Source: Halalkalibacterium halodurans (lineage in GTDB: Bacteria > Bacillota > Bacilli > Bacillales > Bacillaceae_D). Taken from it: a stretch of 32,000 bases of DNA. Location of the stretch: the NCBI RefSeq assembly GCF_004376175.1, contig NZ_SNUY01000023.1:7001-39000 (forward strand). The letters are read 5' to 3'. The translations under genes were made by a program, and so were the position numbers. This document shows, piece after piece, positions 9,798 through 21,412 of this stretch. Position 1 is the first letter of the stretch. Each line of letters starts with the position of its first letter. A model generated the notes under the pieces. The model saw only the letters and a program-made list of their open reading frames with translations. It had not been told where the DNA came from and did not search any database.

Positions 9798-10290
9798 TAT
9801 CGTCACGATTTTGTTTAATGACCTGCATCGGGTTCCCACCAACAAATGCACCTGGTGGGACATTTTTGTGAACAACAGTTCCAGCAGCGATAATGGCACG
9901 GTCGCCGATCGTTACCCCAGGTAAAATCGTTGTATTTGCGCCAACCATCACTTCATCGCCAATGATCACATCACCGAGGCGATATTCCTCAATTAAATAT
10001 TCATGGGCAAGAATCGTCGTGTTGTAGCCGATGATGGAATTACGTCCAACAGAGATGCGCTCTGGAAACATAATATCAGGCATAACCATAAGAGCAAAGG
10101 CTGTTTTTTCTCCTACATCCATTTTTAGAAACGTGCGATACAGCCAATTTTTCACGCTGACAAACGGCGTATAGCGAGCGAGTTGGATCACCACGAAGTT
10201 TTTAACCACTTTCCAAAACGGAACGGTTTTATAAATTTGCCAGAGCGAATTGGCGTGTTTCACCGGATAACGCTCTGTGTCTCGACTCAT
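9790..10290 (-). CDS. yvoF: Hexapeptide-repeat (LbH) acyl/acetyltransferase, YvoF-like
   Basis: 166 aa with left-handed beta-helix repeats ([31 protein letters not shown]). It has an ATGA overlap with ppaX and B. subtilis-like position. Confidence 0.8.
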   Translation of the reverse strand: MSRDTERYPVKHANSLWQIYKTVPFWKVVKNFVVIQLARYTPFVSVKNWLYRTFLKMDVGEKTAFALMVMPDIMFPERISVGRNSIIGYNTTILAHEYLIEEYRLGDVIIGDEVMVGANTTILPGVTIGDRAIIAAGTVVHKNVPPGAFVGGNPMQVIKQNRDDKD

Positions 10291-10934
10291 CTTGCTTTCA
10301 CTCCAACGATGTCGAGCAAGTCGGGCATTGAGCGCAGGACATAATCCGGATCAAATTGACGAACATAGTCTTCCCCTCGAATCGCGTAGCCGACGACCGC
10401 TGTTTTGACACCAGCATTTTTACCACCTAGGATATCGTGAGAGTTATCTCCGACCATGATCGTTTCTTCTTTTTTTGCCCCGAGGGCGTTCATCGCTTTT
10501 TCGAGTGGTTCTGGGTTAGGCTTTACGTTCTCCACATCGTCCAAGGCGACGATTACATCGAAAAACTCATCTAAGCCAAACAATTTGAGTCCTTTCATCG
10601 CCGTTTCCCGAATTTTCGTTGTAACGATCGCAAGCTTAAAGCCTTGCTCATGCAATGTTTTGACTGTTTCGTACACCCCTTCATAAGGTTCAACAAGCTT
10701 GTCGTGATGAGCATGATTATGCTTGCGATACGTAGCGACCATCTCTTCGACTCGTTCAGGGTCTAGACGCTTGAAGCTGTCCGTTAACGGAGGACCGATG
10801 CATTCAATCGCATCTTTTCTGCCATATTTCCCAGGATAATACGTCTCGAAGGTGTGTAAAAACGACGAAATGATCAGCTCATTTGTGTTGATTAACGTTC
10901 CGTCTAAATCAAATAACACTGTATTAATTTCCAT
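10287..10934 (-). CDS. ppaX: HAD-family pyrophosphatase PpaX
   Basis: 215 aa with the [19 protein letters not shown] motif I and synteny after hprK-lgt-yvoD. Confidence 0.88.
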   Translation of the reverse strand: MEINTVLFDLDGTLINTNELIISSFLHTFETYYPGKYGRKDAIECIGPPLTDSFKRLDPERVEEMVATYRKHNHAHHDKLVEPYEGVYETVKTLHEQGFKLAIVTTKIRETAMKGLKLFGLDEFFDVIVALDDVENVKPNPEPLEKAMNALGAKKEETIMVGDNSHDILGGKNAGVKTAVVGYAIRGEDYVRQFDPDYVLRSMPDLLDIVGVKAR

Positions 10935-11877
10935 ATGTTGCTTCCTTTCGTTTCAAGGCTTCCTGCTTCTCCAGACGATTCCAAATATAAGCGACTGCAA
11001 TTGTGAGAAGCACAGCGGTTACAACCCGAATGATCAGCAATGGCCATACCGGAATGCCGAGCGGAATGAAAATGAGCGTATCTTCAATAACCGCATGGCA
11101 TGCGACGAGAAAAATGAACACAAGGTACAGATCCTTTTTCTTGACACCGTCCTCTTTGATTGCCTGTATCATGACGCCTGCACCGAATGCCAGTCCGAAT
11201 AGGAGTCCAGAGGCGAGCGTCGTCGATGTATTTTCACGAATGCCTAGCACTTTTGTAAAGGGTGACATCCATTTTGAAAACGTCTGGAGCCAATTTAAGT
11301 CTTTCATCACCTGTACCAAAATCATAAGCGGAATGACGATCAGTGCCAACTGAGCAACCCCAGCAGCAGCTGTCCATAATCCGTCGCCCACCATGTTTAG
11401 CCAGCCGTGTATTTCCGGTCCTGCGGAACTGGAAACAAAACCATATTGAGCGATCTCTTGACCACCAGACCAAAACAAGTGAATCAAAAAGGCAGAACCG
11501 AAAGCAAGTCCGAGACGGACGGCGAGAATAACGGACATGCGAATCCCCACCTTCGTCGCCACCGCTGACTCGATAAACAAGTTATGGGAGAAGGATAGCA
11601 TCACCGCAAGGATAAACACTTCCTTGACCGTTAGTTCCATCGTTAAAATCGCACCGATTCCTGCATATAAATTCAAGGCATTTCCTAACACGAGAGGAAT
11701 GGCGGCTTCCCCGCGTAGGCCAATATAGCCCATCGCCGGTGCAAGAAAGGCCGCAAGCCAATCAAGGACAGGTGTATGTCCAAGAATCGTGACAATTAAC
11801 GTAACAGGAAAAATGACTTTCCCTAATGTCCACGTCGTCTGTAGTCCGACGAGGAGCCCTTTTTTCAGCGTATTCAT
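10924..11877 (-). CDS. yvoD: Nucleoside-recognition-domain integral membrane protein, YvoD-like
   Basis: 317 aa, polytopic and hydrophobic. It sits between lgt and ppaX, as in B. subtilis. Confidence 0.75.
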   Translation of the reverse strand: MNTLKKGLLVGLQTTWTLGKVIFPVTLIVTILGHTPVLDWLAAFLAPAMGYIGLRGEAAIPLVLGNALNLYAGIGAILTMELTVKEVFILAVMLSFSHNLFIESAVATKVGIRMSVILAVRLGLAFGSAFLIHLFWSGGQEIAQYGFVSSSAGPEIHGWLNMVGDGLWTAAAGVAQLALIVIPLMILVQVMKDLNWLQTFSKWMSPFTKVLGIRENTSTTLASGLLFGLAFGAGVMIQAIKEDGVKKKDLYLVFIFLVACHAVIEDTLIFIPLGIPVWPLLIIRVVTAVLLTIAVAYIWNRLEKQEALKRKEATYGN

Positions 11878-11904
11878 TCCTTTCTCTCCTTCCCCAAATC
11901 CAGA

Positions 11905-12774
11905 CTACTTTTTCTTTTTCTTCTTTGTCTTTTTCTTGTTACCATTCGTCCGGGCTGGTTGATGGGGGTCTAAATACCGCTCTGTCGCAAGACCCTTTGC
12001 TCGCCGATACCACCATAATAACAGGGCACCGACAATGAGTAGGATCGAAACAATTTGCGCCGTTCGAAGCGAATCGCCGATCATTAAATTATCTAAGCGC
12101 ATCCCTTCAATGAAAAACCGTCCGATCGAGTACCAAATGAGATAGGAGAAAAATAATTCCCCTCGGCGCAAATTAACTCGTCGCAACAAGAGTAAAACCA
12201 CGACACCGATAAAGTTCCAAATAGACTCATACAAAAAGGTCGGATGGTAATACGTTCCGTTAATGTACATTTGGTTAATAATAAATTCGGGTAGCATGAG
12301 CCCTTCAAGGAACTCGCGTGTGACCGGTCCACCGTATACTTCTTGGTTCATGAAGTTTCCCCAACGGCCGATCGCTTGCCCGATTAATATACTTGGTGCA
12401 GCCACATCCATAAGCTGCCAAAACGAGAGCTGGCGCTTTTTCGTTAAGATATACGCCGTTAAGACCCCACCAATTAGAGCTCCATGAATGGCAAGACCGC
12501 CTTCCCAAATATAAAAGACTCGAATCGGATCATCAGCAAATTGTTCCCAACGGAAAATCACATAGTAAAGCCGCGCGAAGATAATCGCCACTGGAATGAC
12601 GTACATGACAAAGTCAGAGAATGTATCTTTTGGCATTCCTCGTCTCACCGATTCCCGCGACGCCATCACATACCCAATAATGACCCCAAGGCCAATAAGG
12701 ACTCCGTACCAATAAATTGTAAACGGACCGAGCTGTAAAAAAACACGATCAAGTGGTTCAATCATTTCCTCCAT
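11905..12774 (-). CDS. lgt: Prolipoprotein diacylglyceryl transferase
   Basis: 289 aa with GRWGNF and HPTFLYES motifs and a Lys-rich C-terminal tail. Confidence 0.95.
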   Translation of the reverse strand: MEEMIEPLDRVFLQLGPFTIYWYGVLIGLGVIIGYVMASRESVRRGMPKDTFSDFVMYVIPVAIIFARLYYVIFRWEQFADDPIRVFYIWEGGLAIHGALIGGVLTAYILTKKRQLSFWQLMDVAAPSILIGQAIGRWGNFMNQEVYGGPVTREFLEGLMLPEFIINQMYINGTYYHPTFLYESIWNFIGVVVLLLLRRVNLRRGELFFSYLIWYSIGRFFIEGMRLDNLMIGDSLRTAQIVSILLIVGALLLWWYRRAKGLATERYLDPHQPARTNGNKKKTKKKKKK

Positions 12775-12793
12775 GGTTTCACCTCAAAGCCTA

Positions 12794-13726
12794 TTAAAAT
12801 TCTTGCTCTCCTTCTTCAATCACATCATTTAAGCGATCAGAAAATTGCTGTGCTGCATTTATGCCTAAACGTTTTAACCGGAAATTCATCGCCGCTACTT
12901 CGATAATAACCGCTAAGTTCCGACCTGGTCGGACCGGGATGGTCAACTTCGGAATATCAACATTCATAATTCGCAAGTAATCTTCACTTAATCCGAGGCG
13001 ATCATAAACTTTCTTCTGATCCCACAGCTCAAGGTTGACGCAGAGGGCAATTCGTTTAAAAGGTCGAACAGCACCTGCCCCAAATAGAGTCATAACATTG
13101 ATAATCCCTAGACCGCGGATCTCAAGTAAATGTTGGATTAATTCAGGTGAACGCCCAACGAGTGTGTCTTCATGCTCACGTCTAATTTCGACCGAATCAT
13201 CCGCCACTAACCGATGTCCACGTCGAACGAGATCGAGAGCCGTTTCACTTTTACCGACCCCGCTGCTTCCTGTAATGAGCACGCCAATTCCATAAATATC
13301 GACAAGGACACCGTGAACGGCGGTTGTCGGGGCAAGCTGACTCTCTAAGAAGTTCGTTAACATACTACTTAGCCGCGTGGTCGTGATGTTGGAACGCAGG
13401 ACAGGAACGCCCACTTTTTCCGACGCCTTCAATAATTCAGGTGGAACCTCAAGTCCACGCGAAATAATAATCCCAGGTGTATCATACGTACAAAGCTTCG
13501 ACATTCGCTCTTCTTTATCTACTGGTGACAGCTGCTTATAAAAAGAAAGCTCTGTTCTCCCTAACAACTGAAGACGCTTCGCCGGATAATACGTAAAAAA
13601 ACCAGCCATTTCAATCCCAGGTCGTGAGATATCACTCGTCGTAATCGAGCGATGAATACCTTCTTCTCCTGAAAGCAATTCAAGTTGAAACCGTTCAAGC
13701 AAATCGTTTGCTGTTACTTTTGCCAT
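12794..13726 (-). CDS. hprK: HPr kinase/phosphorylase
   Basis: 310 aa with the Walker [10 protein letters not shown] and the [11 protein letters not shown] signature. Confidence 0.96.
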   Translation of the reverse strand: MAKVTANDLLERFQLELLSGEEGIHRSITTSDISRPGIEMAGFFTYYPAKRLQLLGRTELSFYKQLSPVDKEERMSKLCTYDTPGIIISRGLEVPPELLKASEKVGVPVLRSNITTTRLSSMLTNFLESQLAPTTAVHGVLVDIYGIGVLITGSSGVGKSETALDLVRRGHRLVADDSVEIRREHEDTLVGRSPELIQHLLEIRGLGIINVMTLFGAGAVRPFKRIALCVNLELWDQKKVYDRLGLSEDYLRIMNVDIPKLTIPVRPGRNLAVIIEVAAMNFRLKRLGINAAQQFSDRLNDVIEEGEQEF

Positions 13727-13795
13727 TTCTCAAAACCCCCATCTCATCTTACCATACTCTCTATTTCAAAACATGAATCTCACACTCACCTTTCC

Positions 13796-13804
13796 ATTTT
13801 ACCA
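13796..13804 (-). promoter_or_regulatory. Extended -10 (TGgTAAAAT) candidate promoter for hprK
   Basis: TGGTAAAAT on the minus strand lies about 70 nt upstream of the hprK ATG. The -35 is poor. Confidence 0.3.
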
Positions 13805-13871
13805 CGTTTCTACATAAATCCATTCATTCGTTTGCTATATTAAATAGGATAGGATAGAAAGAAAACAAATT

Positions 13872-13905
13872 GAACGAAATAAAACCTCACCGATTTGCGA
13901 GGTTT
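13872..13905 (-). terminator. Second (backup) terminator after yvlD
   Basis: On the minus strand, AAACCTCGC/GTGAGGTTT forms a stem followed by TTATTTCG. Confidence 0.55.
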
Positions 13906-13949
13906 CAGACGATGGGAGATCCCTTCCCAATAGTAATCTTCGTATTTCC

Positions 13950-13985
13950 CTATTAAAAACAGATAAGGACGACCCTTATCTGTTT
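13950..13985 (-). terminator. Terminator after yvlD
   Basis: A 12-bp perfect stem (13957-13968/13974-13985) with a 5-nt loop is followed by TTTTTAATA on the minus strand. Confidence 0.8.
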
Positions 13986-13990
13986 ACGGA

Positions 13991-14350
13991 TTAACGTTTT
14001 TCTTGAAGCGGCTTAATGACGAATGTTTGAATAAGCGCATTTAAAATGGCGATTAAGACAGCTGCAAGGAGGGCCATGCCAAACCCATCAATTTGGAACG
14101 CATTCCCCATGAGACCTGCTGCTAGCATTAACGTAATCGCATTAATGACGAACATGAAGAGGCCAAGGGTTAAAATCGTTACAGGTAATGTTAAAAGAAT
14201 GAGGATGGGGCGAACGATAATGTTTAGCACCGATAAAATGATACTAGCGATGACCGCGGCCCCTATACCAGATAAATAAAACCCTTGAAAATAGCCAGCT
14301 ATCACCATCAATACGATGGTGTTAACGAGAATTCCTGCGAGCCAGCCCAT
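13991..14350 (-). CDS. yvlD: Phage-holin-family-4 / DUF360 membrane protein, YvlD-like
   Basis: 119 aa with four hydrophobic segments and synteny with yvlBC. Confidence 0.75.
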   Translation of the reverse strand: MGWLAGILVNTIVLMVIAGYFQGFYLSGIGAAVIASIILSVLNIIVRPILILLTLPVTILTLGLFMFVINAITLMLAAGLMGNAFQIDGFGMALLAAVLIAILNALIQTFVIKPLQEKR

Positions 14351-14352
14351 AA

Positions 14353-14550
14353 TTAATCTAGATCCTCCTCATTTGGGACGATAGCTGCGGCAATGATGTA
14401 GCCAATCAGCACAGGGAAAAAAGCTGTTACTAACGCAAGAACGACGACACCGATACGTACGAGCGTCGGGTCAATATTAAAGTATTGGCCAATTCCTCCA
14501 CAGACACCAGCAAGCTGGCGATCATATTGGGCTCGAAATAACCGTCTCAT
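14353..14550 (-). CDS. yvlC: PspC-domain small membrane protein, YvlC-like
   Basis: 65 aa. The RLFRAQYDRQLAGVCGGIGQYF segment is a PspC N-terminal motif, followed by one TM helix. Confidence 0.8.
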   Translation of the reverse strand: MRRLFRAQYDRQLAGVCGGIGQYFNIDPTLVRIGVVVLALVTAFFPVLIGYIIAAAIVPNEEDLD

Positions 14551-14567
14551 TATTCATCACCTCTTTC

Positions 14568-15662
14568 TTACCGGTCTTTCACCACAACAGACCCTGTGTT
14601 CGTGAGTGCTGTGATTTTTAAGCGCGGCGATTGTTCCTGATTGCCTACAAAGCTCATGACTTTATGGGCAAAGTCTTTCCGCTCCTCAAGGATCTCAAAG
14701 GAAGAAAGCCTGCAAGAATATCCGCCAACGTTCGTCTTAAGCTTTCCTTCAACGCGCAGGCTTGTAGGTACGGATACTTCAATGCTTCCGGTAGTCGCCT
14801 TGAGCTCAGCAAATCCCGATTCGTTTAGTTTTTCTAGTTCATAGACGATCGACCCGTTCACCGTTTCAGCATCTAAGTCTTGCATCGCGCCCGTTACGGT
14901 TATGCCGCCATTAATGGTCTTCATATCTACAACATCAGCAGAAAGTCCTCGTAATTCAATGCCTCCATTGACCGTTTCCGCCATTAGTTTTTTCGCCTCT
15001 GCTTTTTCAAATGTAATCGGTCCATTGAGAGTGTTCACATCAAGCGTATCCGCCTTTACTGGATCTCCCTTGATTTCGCCATTAAAGGAATAAATCTTTA
15101 CCGTTTCAAATGAACGCTTTGGCACAAAGACCTTTGTCTCTACTTTGATCGTCTTTACTCTCGTATGGAACAACAACTTCCGTTCATCGACTCGGAAGGT
15201 TGCCTCTTGCAAGAAGAGCTTTCTTGCTTCTTCCGTATCCTTTACCCGATAGACCTTGGCATTACACTCAATTCGAACGTCGGGCTCATCCCATGGAATC
15301 AAGGTTACAGGCCCGTTTTCAAGTGAGATATCCAGAGAAGCAGGGGACACATTTCGGTGTTGGAAAATGTGGTCAACCGTTACAAAGGAGCCAAAGTTAA
15401 AGTCAAGGTCAAAGTCTTTAATTTTCTGGATCGCTGACTCGACAAACTCTGTTAACTTGCTTGGGTTAAACCCCCACTCACGCTCCCGCTCCTTCCGTCT
15501 TTCCTGCTTCTGTTCACTATGATCCCAATCAACCGACGTGGAAACGGCTGTAGATGCCTTTTCCTCCTCCTTCGTGCCCATCGCCTCTAACAGCTTAACG
15601 CCTTCTTCTGCGGTAATCTTGCCCTCTTCGATCATTTTTAAAATCATTTTCCGCTCTTCCAT
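14568..15662 (-). CDS. yvlB: DUF4097-type beta-helix protein with N-terminal SHOCT-like segment, YvlB-like
   Basis: 364 aa with repeated xxxNGxIxx beta-solenoid units (TLNGPITF, TVNGGIEL, TINGGITV, TVNGSIVY). It has an AAGGAGGAG RBS. Confidence 0.75.
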   Translation of the reverse strand: MEERKMILKMIEEGKITAEEGVKLLEAMGTKEEEKASTAVSTSVDWDHSEQKQERRKEREREWGFNPSKLTEFVESAIQKIKDFDLDFNFGSFVTVDHIFQHRNVSPASLDISLENGPVTLIPWDEPDVRIECNAKVYRVKDTEEARKLFLQEATFRVDERKLLFHTRVKTIKVETKVFVPKRSFETVKIYSFNGEIKGDPVKADTLDVNTLNGPITFEKAEAKKLMAETVNGGIELRGLSADVVDMKTINGGITVTGAMQDLDAETVNGSIVYELEKLNESGFAELKATTGSIEVSVPTSLRVEGKLKTNVGGYSCRLSSFEILEERKDFAHKVMSFVGNQEQSPRLKITALTNTGSVVVKDR

Positions 15663-15703
15663 CGTTTTGACTCCTCCTTGCGATTTTTTGCACTACTGGA
15701 GTT

Positions 15704-15729
15704 TACGTTCATACCGAGAAAAAGTTTCA
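15704..15729 (-). promoter_or_regulatory. ECF sigma-W-type promoter for yvlBCD
   Basis: On the minus strand: TGAAAC (15729-15724), exactly 16 nt, then CGTA (15707-15704). This is a perfect match to the B. subtilis SigW consensus TGAAAC-N16-CGTA. Confidence 0.6.
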
Positions 15730-15755
15730 TTCTACTTTTATTGTAGGGCAGTTTG

Positions 15756-18638
15756 TCAACTACGCTGCAATTCATGCTCGCGAATACGAGAGTCCATCCG
15801 CTTACGATCTCGCTCTAAAATCGGACGCAAATACTTACCTGTATAGGACCCTTCTACTTCAACTACTTCTTCAGGGGTTCCTTGAGCAACAATCGTTCCC
15901 CCTTTGTCGCCACCTTCCGGACCAAGATCAATAATATGATCAACCGTTTTAATCACATCTAGATTATGTTCGATGACAAGCACGGTGTCACCATTATCTA
16001 CAATTCGTTGCAATACTTTAAGGAGCCGGTCAATATCATCCACATGGAGCCCTGTCGTCGGTTCATCTAAAATGTAGAGAGTTTTCCCTGTTGCTCGCTT
16101 ATGAAGCTGAGAAGCAAGCTTCACGCGCTGCGCCTCACCTCCAGAAAGGGTGGTGGCAGGTTGACCAAGCTTAATATACCCTAAACCGACATCGACTAAC
16201 GTTTGAATTTTTCGCTTGATCCGCGGGATGTTCGTGAAAAATTCTAATGCTTCCTCCACCGTCATGTCTAAAACATCGGCAATCGTTTTTCCTTTATACG
16301 TAATGTCAAGCGTTTCCCGGTTGTAACGTTTTCCATGACACACTTCACAAGGAACATAGACGTCTGGTAAAAAGTGCATCTCGATCTTGATGATGCCATC
16401 ACCGCGACAAGCCTCACACCGACCACCTTTAACGTTAAAGGAGAAGCGCCCTTTTTTATAGCCGCGTACCTTCGCTTCATTTGTCATCGCAAACACATCG
16501 CGGATGTCGTCAAACACCCCTGTGTACGTTGCTGGATTGGAGCGTGGCGTCCGACCGATCGGCGATTGATCAATATCAATTACTTTGTCCACATGCTCAA
16601 TACCGACGATCTCTTTATGTTTTCCTGGCTTGTCTTTCGCTCTGTGTAACTTTTGCGCAAGGGCTTTATGGACGATTTCGTTAATAAGCGTACTTTTCCC
16701 CGATCCTGACACCCCAGTTACAGCAATAAACACACCGAGGGGAAATTCCACATTCACTTGTTTTAAGTTGTTCTCACTCGCTCCCTTGACGGTAAATGAC
16801 TTTCCGTTCGGCTGGCGACGCTCACTTGGAATCGGGATAAACTTTTTCCCCGACAAATACTGCCCGGTAAGCGACTCGGCATCATTCATAATTTCCTCAG
16901 GACTACCTGCAGCTGTGACTTGACCGCCATGAACACCAGCTCCTGGTCCAATATCGATAATATAGTCAGCCGCTAGCATCGTATCTTCGTCATGTTCCAC
17001 GACAATCAACGTGTTCCCTAAGTCACGCATATGAGCAAGAGTCGAAATGAGTCGGTCGTTATCCCGCTGATGAAGGCCAATGGACGGCTCGTCTAAGATG
17101 TAGAGAACGCCCATGAGCGAAGATCCGATTTGTGTCGCGAGGCGAATGCGCTGGGCTTCTCCTCCAGATAAAGTGCCAGCAGAGCGGCTTAACGTTAAAT
17201 AATCCAGACCGACATTCATAAGAAAGCCAAGGCGGTCATTTATTTCTTTTAAGATTAACCTCGCAATCGAAAAATCTTTTTTGGACAGCTCTAACGACTC
17301 AAAAAATGTTTTAGCTTCTTTTATCGATAGCTTCGTCACTTCTCCTAAATGTTTACCGCCAATTAAAACAGCTAACGCTTCTTTTTTCAAGCGATGACCT
17401 TTACACGTTGGACAAGCCTTTTGCACCATATACGCTTCAAGTTGATCGCGAATGTAATCCGATGACGTTTCGTGATAACGACGTTTCACATTCGGGATGA
17501 CCCCTTCAAAAAGGATCTCATTTTCCCGCACTTGCCCTAGGTCATTTTCATACCGGAAAAAGATTTTTTCATGGCCACTGCCATACAAAATTTTCTCAAG
17601 CTGATGGTCGGGTAGCTGTTCCACTGGTGTATCCATATCAATTCCGTAATGGTTGCAAACCGCTTCCAGCATTTGCGGATAGTATTGCGAGCTAATCGGC
17701 TCCCACGGTGCAATGGCGTTCTCACTTAACGTTCGAGATCGATCAGGAATTACAAGTTCAAGGTCAACCTCTAGCTTTACCCCTAGCCCATCACACGTCG
17801 GACAAGCGCCAAAAGGGCTGTTAAAAGAGAACATTCGCGGCTCAAGCTCAGGAATAGAGAAGCCACATTGGGGGCACGCATGGTGCTGGCTAAACAGCAA
17901 TTCCTCTTTGCCAATAATATCGACAACAACTCGCCCATCGGCCAATTGCAACGCTGTTTCAAGAGAATCCGCTAAACGAGTTTCAATGCCTTCTTTTACG
18001 ACAATTCGGTCAATCACGACTTCAATCGTATGCTTCTTGTTTTTGTCTAGCTCTATTTCTTCCGCTACCTCACGCATTTCCCCATCTATGCGCACCCGAA
18101 CAAACCCTTGCTTTTTAATATCCTCTAGTACTTTCACGTGTGTCCCTTTTCGTCCAGATACAAGAGGGGCGAGAATTTGCAGCTTTGTCCGTTCTTCATA
18201 AAAAAGTATCCGATCCACCATTTGCTGTACTGTTTGCGAGGAAATTTCAATTCCATGCTTCGGACAGACAGGTTTTCCGATACGCGCATAGAGAAGGCGC
18301 AAATAATCAAAAATCTCTGTCACCGTTCCTACAGTTGAACGGGGATTTCGACTTGTCGTTTTTTGATCGATTGAAATGGCCGGCGACAAGCCTTCAATCG
18401 AGTCCACATCAGGCTTATCCATTTGTCCGAGGAACTGACGTGCATAAGCAGAAAGGGACTCTACATATCGCCGCTGTCCTTCAGCATAAATCGTATCAAA
18501 AGCCAAAGATGACTTCCCTGAGCCAGACAGCCCGGTTAACACGACGAGCTTATCTCGAGGAATGGTTACATCTATGTTTTTTAAGTTGTGGGAGCGTGCT
18601 CCTTTTACAACAATGTTATCTAACCCCATTTTTTTCAC
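15756..18638 (-). CDS. uvrA: Excinuclease ABC subunit A
   Basis: 960 aa with two ABC ATPase modules ([18 protein letters not shown]), zinc-finger Cys clusters, and a 4-nt overlap with uvrB. Confidence 0.98.
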   Translation of the reverse strand: MKKMGLDNIVVKGARSHNLKNIDVTIPRDKLVVLTGLSGSGKSSLAFDTIYAEGQRRYVESLSAYARQFLGQMDKPDVDSIEGLSPAISIDQKTTSRNPRSTVGTVTEIFDYLRLLYARIGKPVCPKHGIEISSQTVQQMVDRILFYEERTKLQILAPLVSGRKGTHVKVLEDIKKQGFVRVRIDGEMREVAEEIELDKNKKHTIEVVIDRIVVKEGIETRLADSLETALQLADGRVVVDIIGKEELLFSQHHACPQCGFSIPELEPRMFSFNSPFGACPTCDGLGVKLEVDLELVIPDRSRTLSENAIAPWEPISSQYYPQMLEAVCNHYGIDMDTPVEQLPDHQLEKILYGSGHEKIFFRYENDLGQVRENEILFEGVIPNVKRRYHETSSDYIRDQLEAYMVQKACPTCKGHRLKKEALAVLIGGKHLGEVTKLSIKEAKTFFESLELSKKDFSIARLILKEINDRLGFLMNVGLDYLTLSRSAGTLSGGEAQRIRLATQIGSSLMGVLYILDEPSIGLHQRDNDRLISTLAHMRDLGNTLIVVEHDEDTMLAADYIIDIGPGAGVHGGQVTAAGSPEEIMNDAESLTGQYLSGKKFIPIPSERRQPNGKSFTVKGASENNLKQVNVEFPLGVFIAVTGVSGSGKSTLINEIVHKALAQKLHRAKDKPGKHKEIVGIEHVDKVIDIDQSPIGRTPRSNPATYTGVFDDIRDVFAMTNEAKVRGYKKGRFSFNVKGGRCEACRGDGIIKIEMHFLPDVYVPCEVCHGKRYNRETLDITYKGKTIADVLDMTVEEALEFFTNIPRIKRKIQTLVDVGLGYIKLGQPATTLSGGEAQRVKLASQLHKRATGKTLYILDEPTTGLHVDDIDRLLKVLQRIVDNGDTVLVIEHNLDVIKTVDHIIDLGPEGGDKGGTIVAQGTPEEVVEVEGSYTGKYLRPILERDRKRMDSRIREHELQRS

Positions 18639-20617
18639 CCTTCCGCTTTCAACTCAAGAATGAGATCTCTTAGCTCAGCAGCCCGTTCAAAGTTGAGCGT
18701 TTTTGCAGCTTCTTTCATTTCCGCTTCCATCCGCTCGATGACCGCTTCTCGTTCTTTTTTGCTCATTTTTTGCTTTGGTGCATGACTCGTATATTCTTCT
18801 CCGTCTTCTGCCACCATCGCCGTTGCTTTAATCACATCTGGAATCCGCTTTTCGATCGTCTTCGGCGTAATGCCATGCTTTCGGTTGTACTCTTCTTGGA
18901 TCGAGCGTCTCCGCTTTGTTTCATCAATGGCAATCTGCATCGACTTCGTCATACGATCCGCATACATAATGACGTAGCCATTGGCGTTCCGCGCTGCCCG
19001 TCCGATCGTCTGAATTAAAGAGCGCTCAGCACGTAAAAAACCTTCCTTGTCCGCGTCTAAAATAGCCACTAGTGAGACCTCAGGTATGTCTAATCCCTCA
19101 CGAAGTAAGTTAATCCCTACAAGAACATTAAACGTACCTAGCCGTAACTGCCGGATGATTTCGATTCGCTCTAACGTCTTCACTTCAGAATGGAGGTAGC
19201 GAACTTTAATGCCAACTTCCTTTAAGTAATCGGTTAAATCCTCGGCCATTTTTTTCGTCAATGTTGTCACAAGCACCCGCTCGTTTTTCGCCACTCGCTC
19301 GTTGATTTCTCCAATTAAATCATCAATTTGACCTTCGATTGGCCGAACCTCTATCTCCGGATCAAGCAAGCCAGTCGGTCGGATGATTTGTTCAACCATT
19401 TCTGGGGTGTGCTCAAGTTCATATGGACCAGGAGTAGCCGAAACAAATACCGCTTGATGAACTTTATGTTCAAACTCCTCAAACTTAAGGGGACGGTTGT
19501 CTAACGCTGATGGCAAGCGAAATCCATGATCCACAAGAACACCTTTTCGCGCTTGGTCCCCGTTATACATGGCACGGATTTGTGGAATCGTCACGTGCGA
19601 CTCGTCGATGATGATAAGAAAATCATCGGGAAAAAAGTCGAGCAACGTATAAGGAGTTTCTCCCGCTTTACGTAACGTTAAATGGCGGGAGTAGTTTTCG
19701 ATCCCTGAACAGAATCCCATCTCGTGAATCATTTCTAGGTCATAGCGGGTCCGTTGCTCAAGCCGCTGAGCTTCCAACAATTTTCCTTGATCATGTAGTT
19801 CTTTCAGCCGCTCTTCCAATTCTGCCTCAATTGACTTGGTCGCTCGCTTTAATTTTTCTTCGCGGGTAACGAAGTGAGAAGCTGGAAAGATGGCCACATG
19901 GTTCCGCTCACCTTTAATTTCACCTGTCAGAGCGTCAACTTCCGTGATGCGATCAATTTCATCACCAAAAAACTCCACACGGATGCATTGCTCGTCCCGT
20001 GAAGCTGGGAAAATTTCGACAACGTCTCCTCGAACACGGAACGTCCCACGGGTAAAGTTCACATCGTTACGATCATATTGAATGTCTACGAGCTGGCGCA
20101 ATAAATCATTGCGTTCAATCTCCATGCCCGTCCGCAATGAACAGACGAGTTCTTTATATTCTTCAGGTGAACCTAAACCATAAATACAAGAAACGCTCGC
20201 TACGATAATAACATCGTTTCGTTCAAATAAAGCACTTGTCGCTGAATGCCTAAGCTTATCTATTTCATCGTTGATACTTGCATCTTTTTCGATATACGTA
20301 TCGGACTGGGGCACATACGCTTCCGGTTGATAATAATCATAGTAACTCACAAAATACTCGACAGCATTGTTCGGGAAAAACTCCTTAAATTCACTATAAA
20401 GTTGTCCCGCCAACGTCTTGTTATGTGCAATCACAAGTGTCGGCTTATTGACTTGCTGGATGACATTAGACATCGTAAACGTTTTCCCAGTACCTGTTGC
20501 ACCAAGCAACGTCTGATGTTTTTTTCCTTCATTAATCCCTGCTACAAGCTGCCGAATGGCGTTCGGTTGATCTCCTTGGGGCTTGTATTGAGAGACAAGT
20601 TCAAATGACTGACTCAC
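18635..20617 (-). CDS. uvrB: Excinuclease ABC subunit B
   Basis: 660 aa with helicase motifs ([12 protein letters not shown]) and a C-terminal UVR domain. The start is GTG, 10 nt after GAGGAGG. Confidence 0.98.
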   Translation of the reverse strand: MSQSFELVSQYKPQGDQPNAIRQLVAGINEGKKHQTLLGATGTGKTFTMSNVIQQVNKPTLVIAHNKTLAGQLYSEFKEFFPNNAVEYFVSYYDYYQPEAYVPQSDTYIEKDASINDEIDKLRHSATSALFERNDVIIVASVSCIYGLGSPEEYKELVCSLRTGMEIERNDLLRQLVDIQYDRNDVNFTRGTFRVRGDVVEIFPASRDEQCIRVEFFGDEIDRITEVDALTGEIKGERNHVAIFPASHFVTREEKLKRATKSIEAELEERLKELHDQGKLLEAQRLEQRTRYDLEMIHEMGFCSGIENYSRHLTLRKAGETPYTLLDFFPDDFLIIIDESHVTIPQIRAMYNGDQARKGVLVDHGFRLPSALDNRPLKFEEFEHKVHQAVFVSATPGPYELEHTPEMVEQIIRPTGLLDPEIEVRPIEGQIDDLIGEINERVAKNERVLVTTLTKKMAEDLTDYLKEVGIKVRYLHSEVKTLERIEIIRQLRLGTFNVLVGINLLREGLDIPEVSLVAILDADKEGFLRAERSLIQTIGRAARNANGYVIMYADRMTKSMQIAIDETKRRRSIQEEYNRKHGITPKTIEKRIPDVIKATAMVAEDGEEYTSHAPKQKMSKKEREAVIERMEAEMKEAAKTLNFERAAELRDLILELKAEG

Positions 20618-20656
20618 AGTGACAGGACCTCCTCTACGATCATTTCAAGTGTGAAC

Positions 20657-20665
20657 ATTATATCA
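20657..20665 (-). promoter_or_regulatory. Extended -10 (TGaTATAAT) of the uvrB promoter
   Basis: TGATATAAT is on the minus strand about 40 nt upstream of the GTG. The -35 region is weak (TTGTGT at 19-nt spacing). Confidence 0.45.
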
Positions 20666-20693
20666 TAGTTTTACTGGAAACACACAAATTTTA

Positions 20694-20707
20694 CGAACAT
20701 TTGTTTT
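20694..20707. promoter_or_regulatory. Candidate LexA (Cheo/SOS) box
   Basis: CGAACATTTGTTTT matches 12 of 14 positions of CGAACRNRYGTTYC. It lies just upstream of the uvrB -35 region. Confidence 0.4.
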
Positions 20708-20763
20708 GTTATTTACGTTTTGATCATGGAAAAACATTTAAGAAACCGTTAGTGAATATTTGA

Positions 20764-20772
20764 TGGTATAAT
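20764..20772 (+). promoter_or_regulatory. Extended -10 (TGgTATAAT) candidate promoter for the sortase gene
   Basis: TGGTATAAT is on the plus strand 47 nt before the sortase ATG. There is no good -35. Confidence 0.35.
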
Positions 20773-20818
20773 TTTGTTATTCAGAACTTGTAGTAGGATC
20801 GAATTAGAGGAGGAAGCC

Positions 20819-21382
20819 ATGGGAAGAAAGCTCGCTATTTTCATTATGGCTATCGGGTTAGCTTGCCTCATCTATGGAGGATGGCAACTATTTTTGACAT
20901 CGACGCTACAGAAGCAATCGTTGACAGAGGCACGAGAGATTACCGGGGAACAGGTTAGCAGCCCAGAAGATTTTCAAGCCAACATGGGAGATGTGATTGG
21001 AATACTGGAGATCCCGAAGCTAGAGGCAGAGCTACCGATCGTTTCCGGAACCGATGAAGACGAACTCGATCGGGGGGTCGGTCATTATACAAGCACCGTC
21101 CTGCCAGGACAAAACGATCAGATCTTACTATCAGGTCATCGCGATACCGTTTTTCGCGATATGGGAAGATTGGAAATAGGGGATGACTTGACCGTCCATA
21201 TGCCTTACGGAAGTTACACGTATCGGATTGTTGATACGGAGATTGTCGATGCTAATGATACATCGGTTATACGTTCGACGGCCCCAGACGAAGTGCTGAC
21301 CCTCTCGACATGCTACCCTTTCAATTTCATAGGGAGTGCGCCCGAACGATATATTATTTACGCCGAGCCGTACAATCAGTAA
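20819..21382 (+). CDS. Class D sortase (YhcS-like cysteine transpeptidase)
   Basis: 187 aa from the ATG at 20819, which follows a GAGGAGGAAGCC RBS; the track start at 20774 is rejected. It has an N-terminal TM anchor, the LSGHRDT His motif, the TLSTCYP catalytic Cys motif and a conserved Arg (APERY). It is close to B. subtilis YhcS throughout. Confidence 0.9.
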   Translation: MGRKLAIFIMAIGLACLIYGGWQLFLTSTLQKQSLTEAREITGEQVSSPEDFQANMGDVIGILEIPKLEAELPIVSGTDEDELDRGVGHYTSTVLPGQNDQILLSGHRDTVFRDMGRLEIGDDLTVHMPYGSYTYRIVDTEIVDANDTSVIRSTAPDEVLTLSTCYPFNFIGSAPERYIIYAEPYNQ

Positions 21383-21412
21383 TCAGCAAATATCACATTA
21401 CGTTAACCACGA

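Noticed and set aside
11905-11945. Poly-lysine tail of Lgt ([13 protein letters not shown]), encoded by an A/T homopolymer-rich tract, as a slippage or phase-variation site
   Set aside because: The runs are short (at most 6 nt), interrupted and at the extreme C-terminus. Basic tails on Lgt are plausible cytoplasmic anchors. There is no evidence of frameshifting.
17713-18673. 162-aa and 177-aa plus-strand ORFs inside uvrA (and similar antisense ORFs in hisA/hisH, hisD, uvrB, prfB and secA)
   Set aside because: They lie fully inside well-supported minus-strand genes. They have Ser/Arg/Pro-rich antisense composition and no start-site signals.
20774-20818. 15-codon N-terminal extension of the sortase ORF
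   Set aside because: It starts at a non-ATG codon with no RBS. The GAGGAGG RBS sits immediately before the ATG at 20819.
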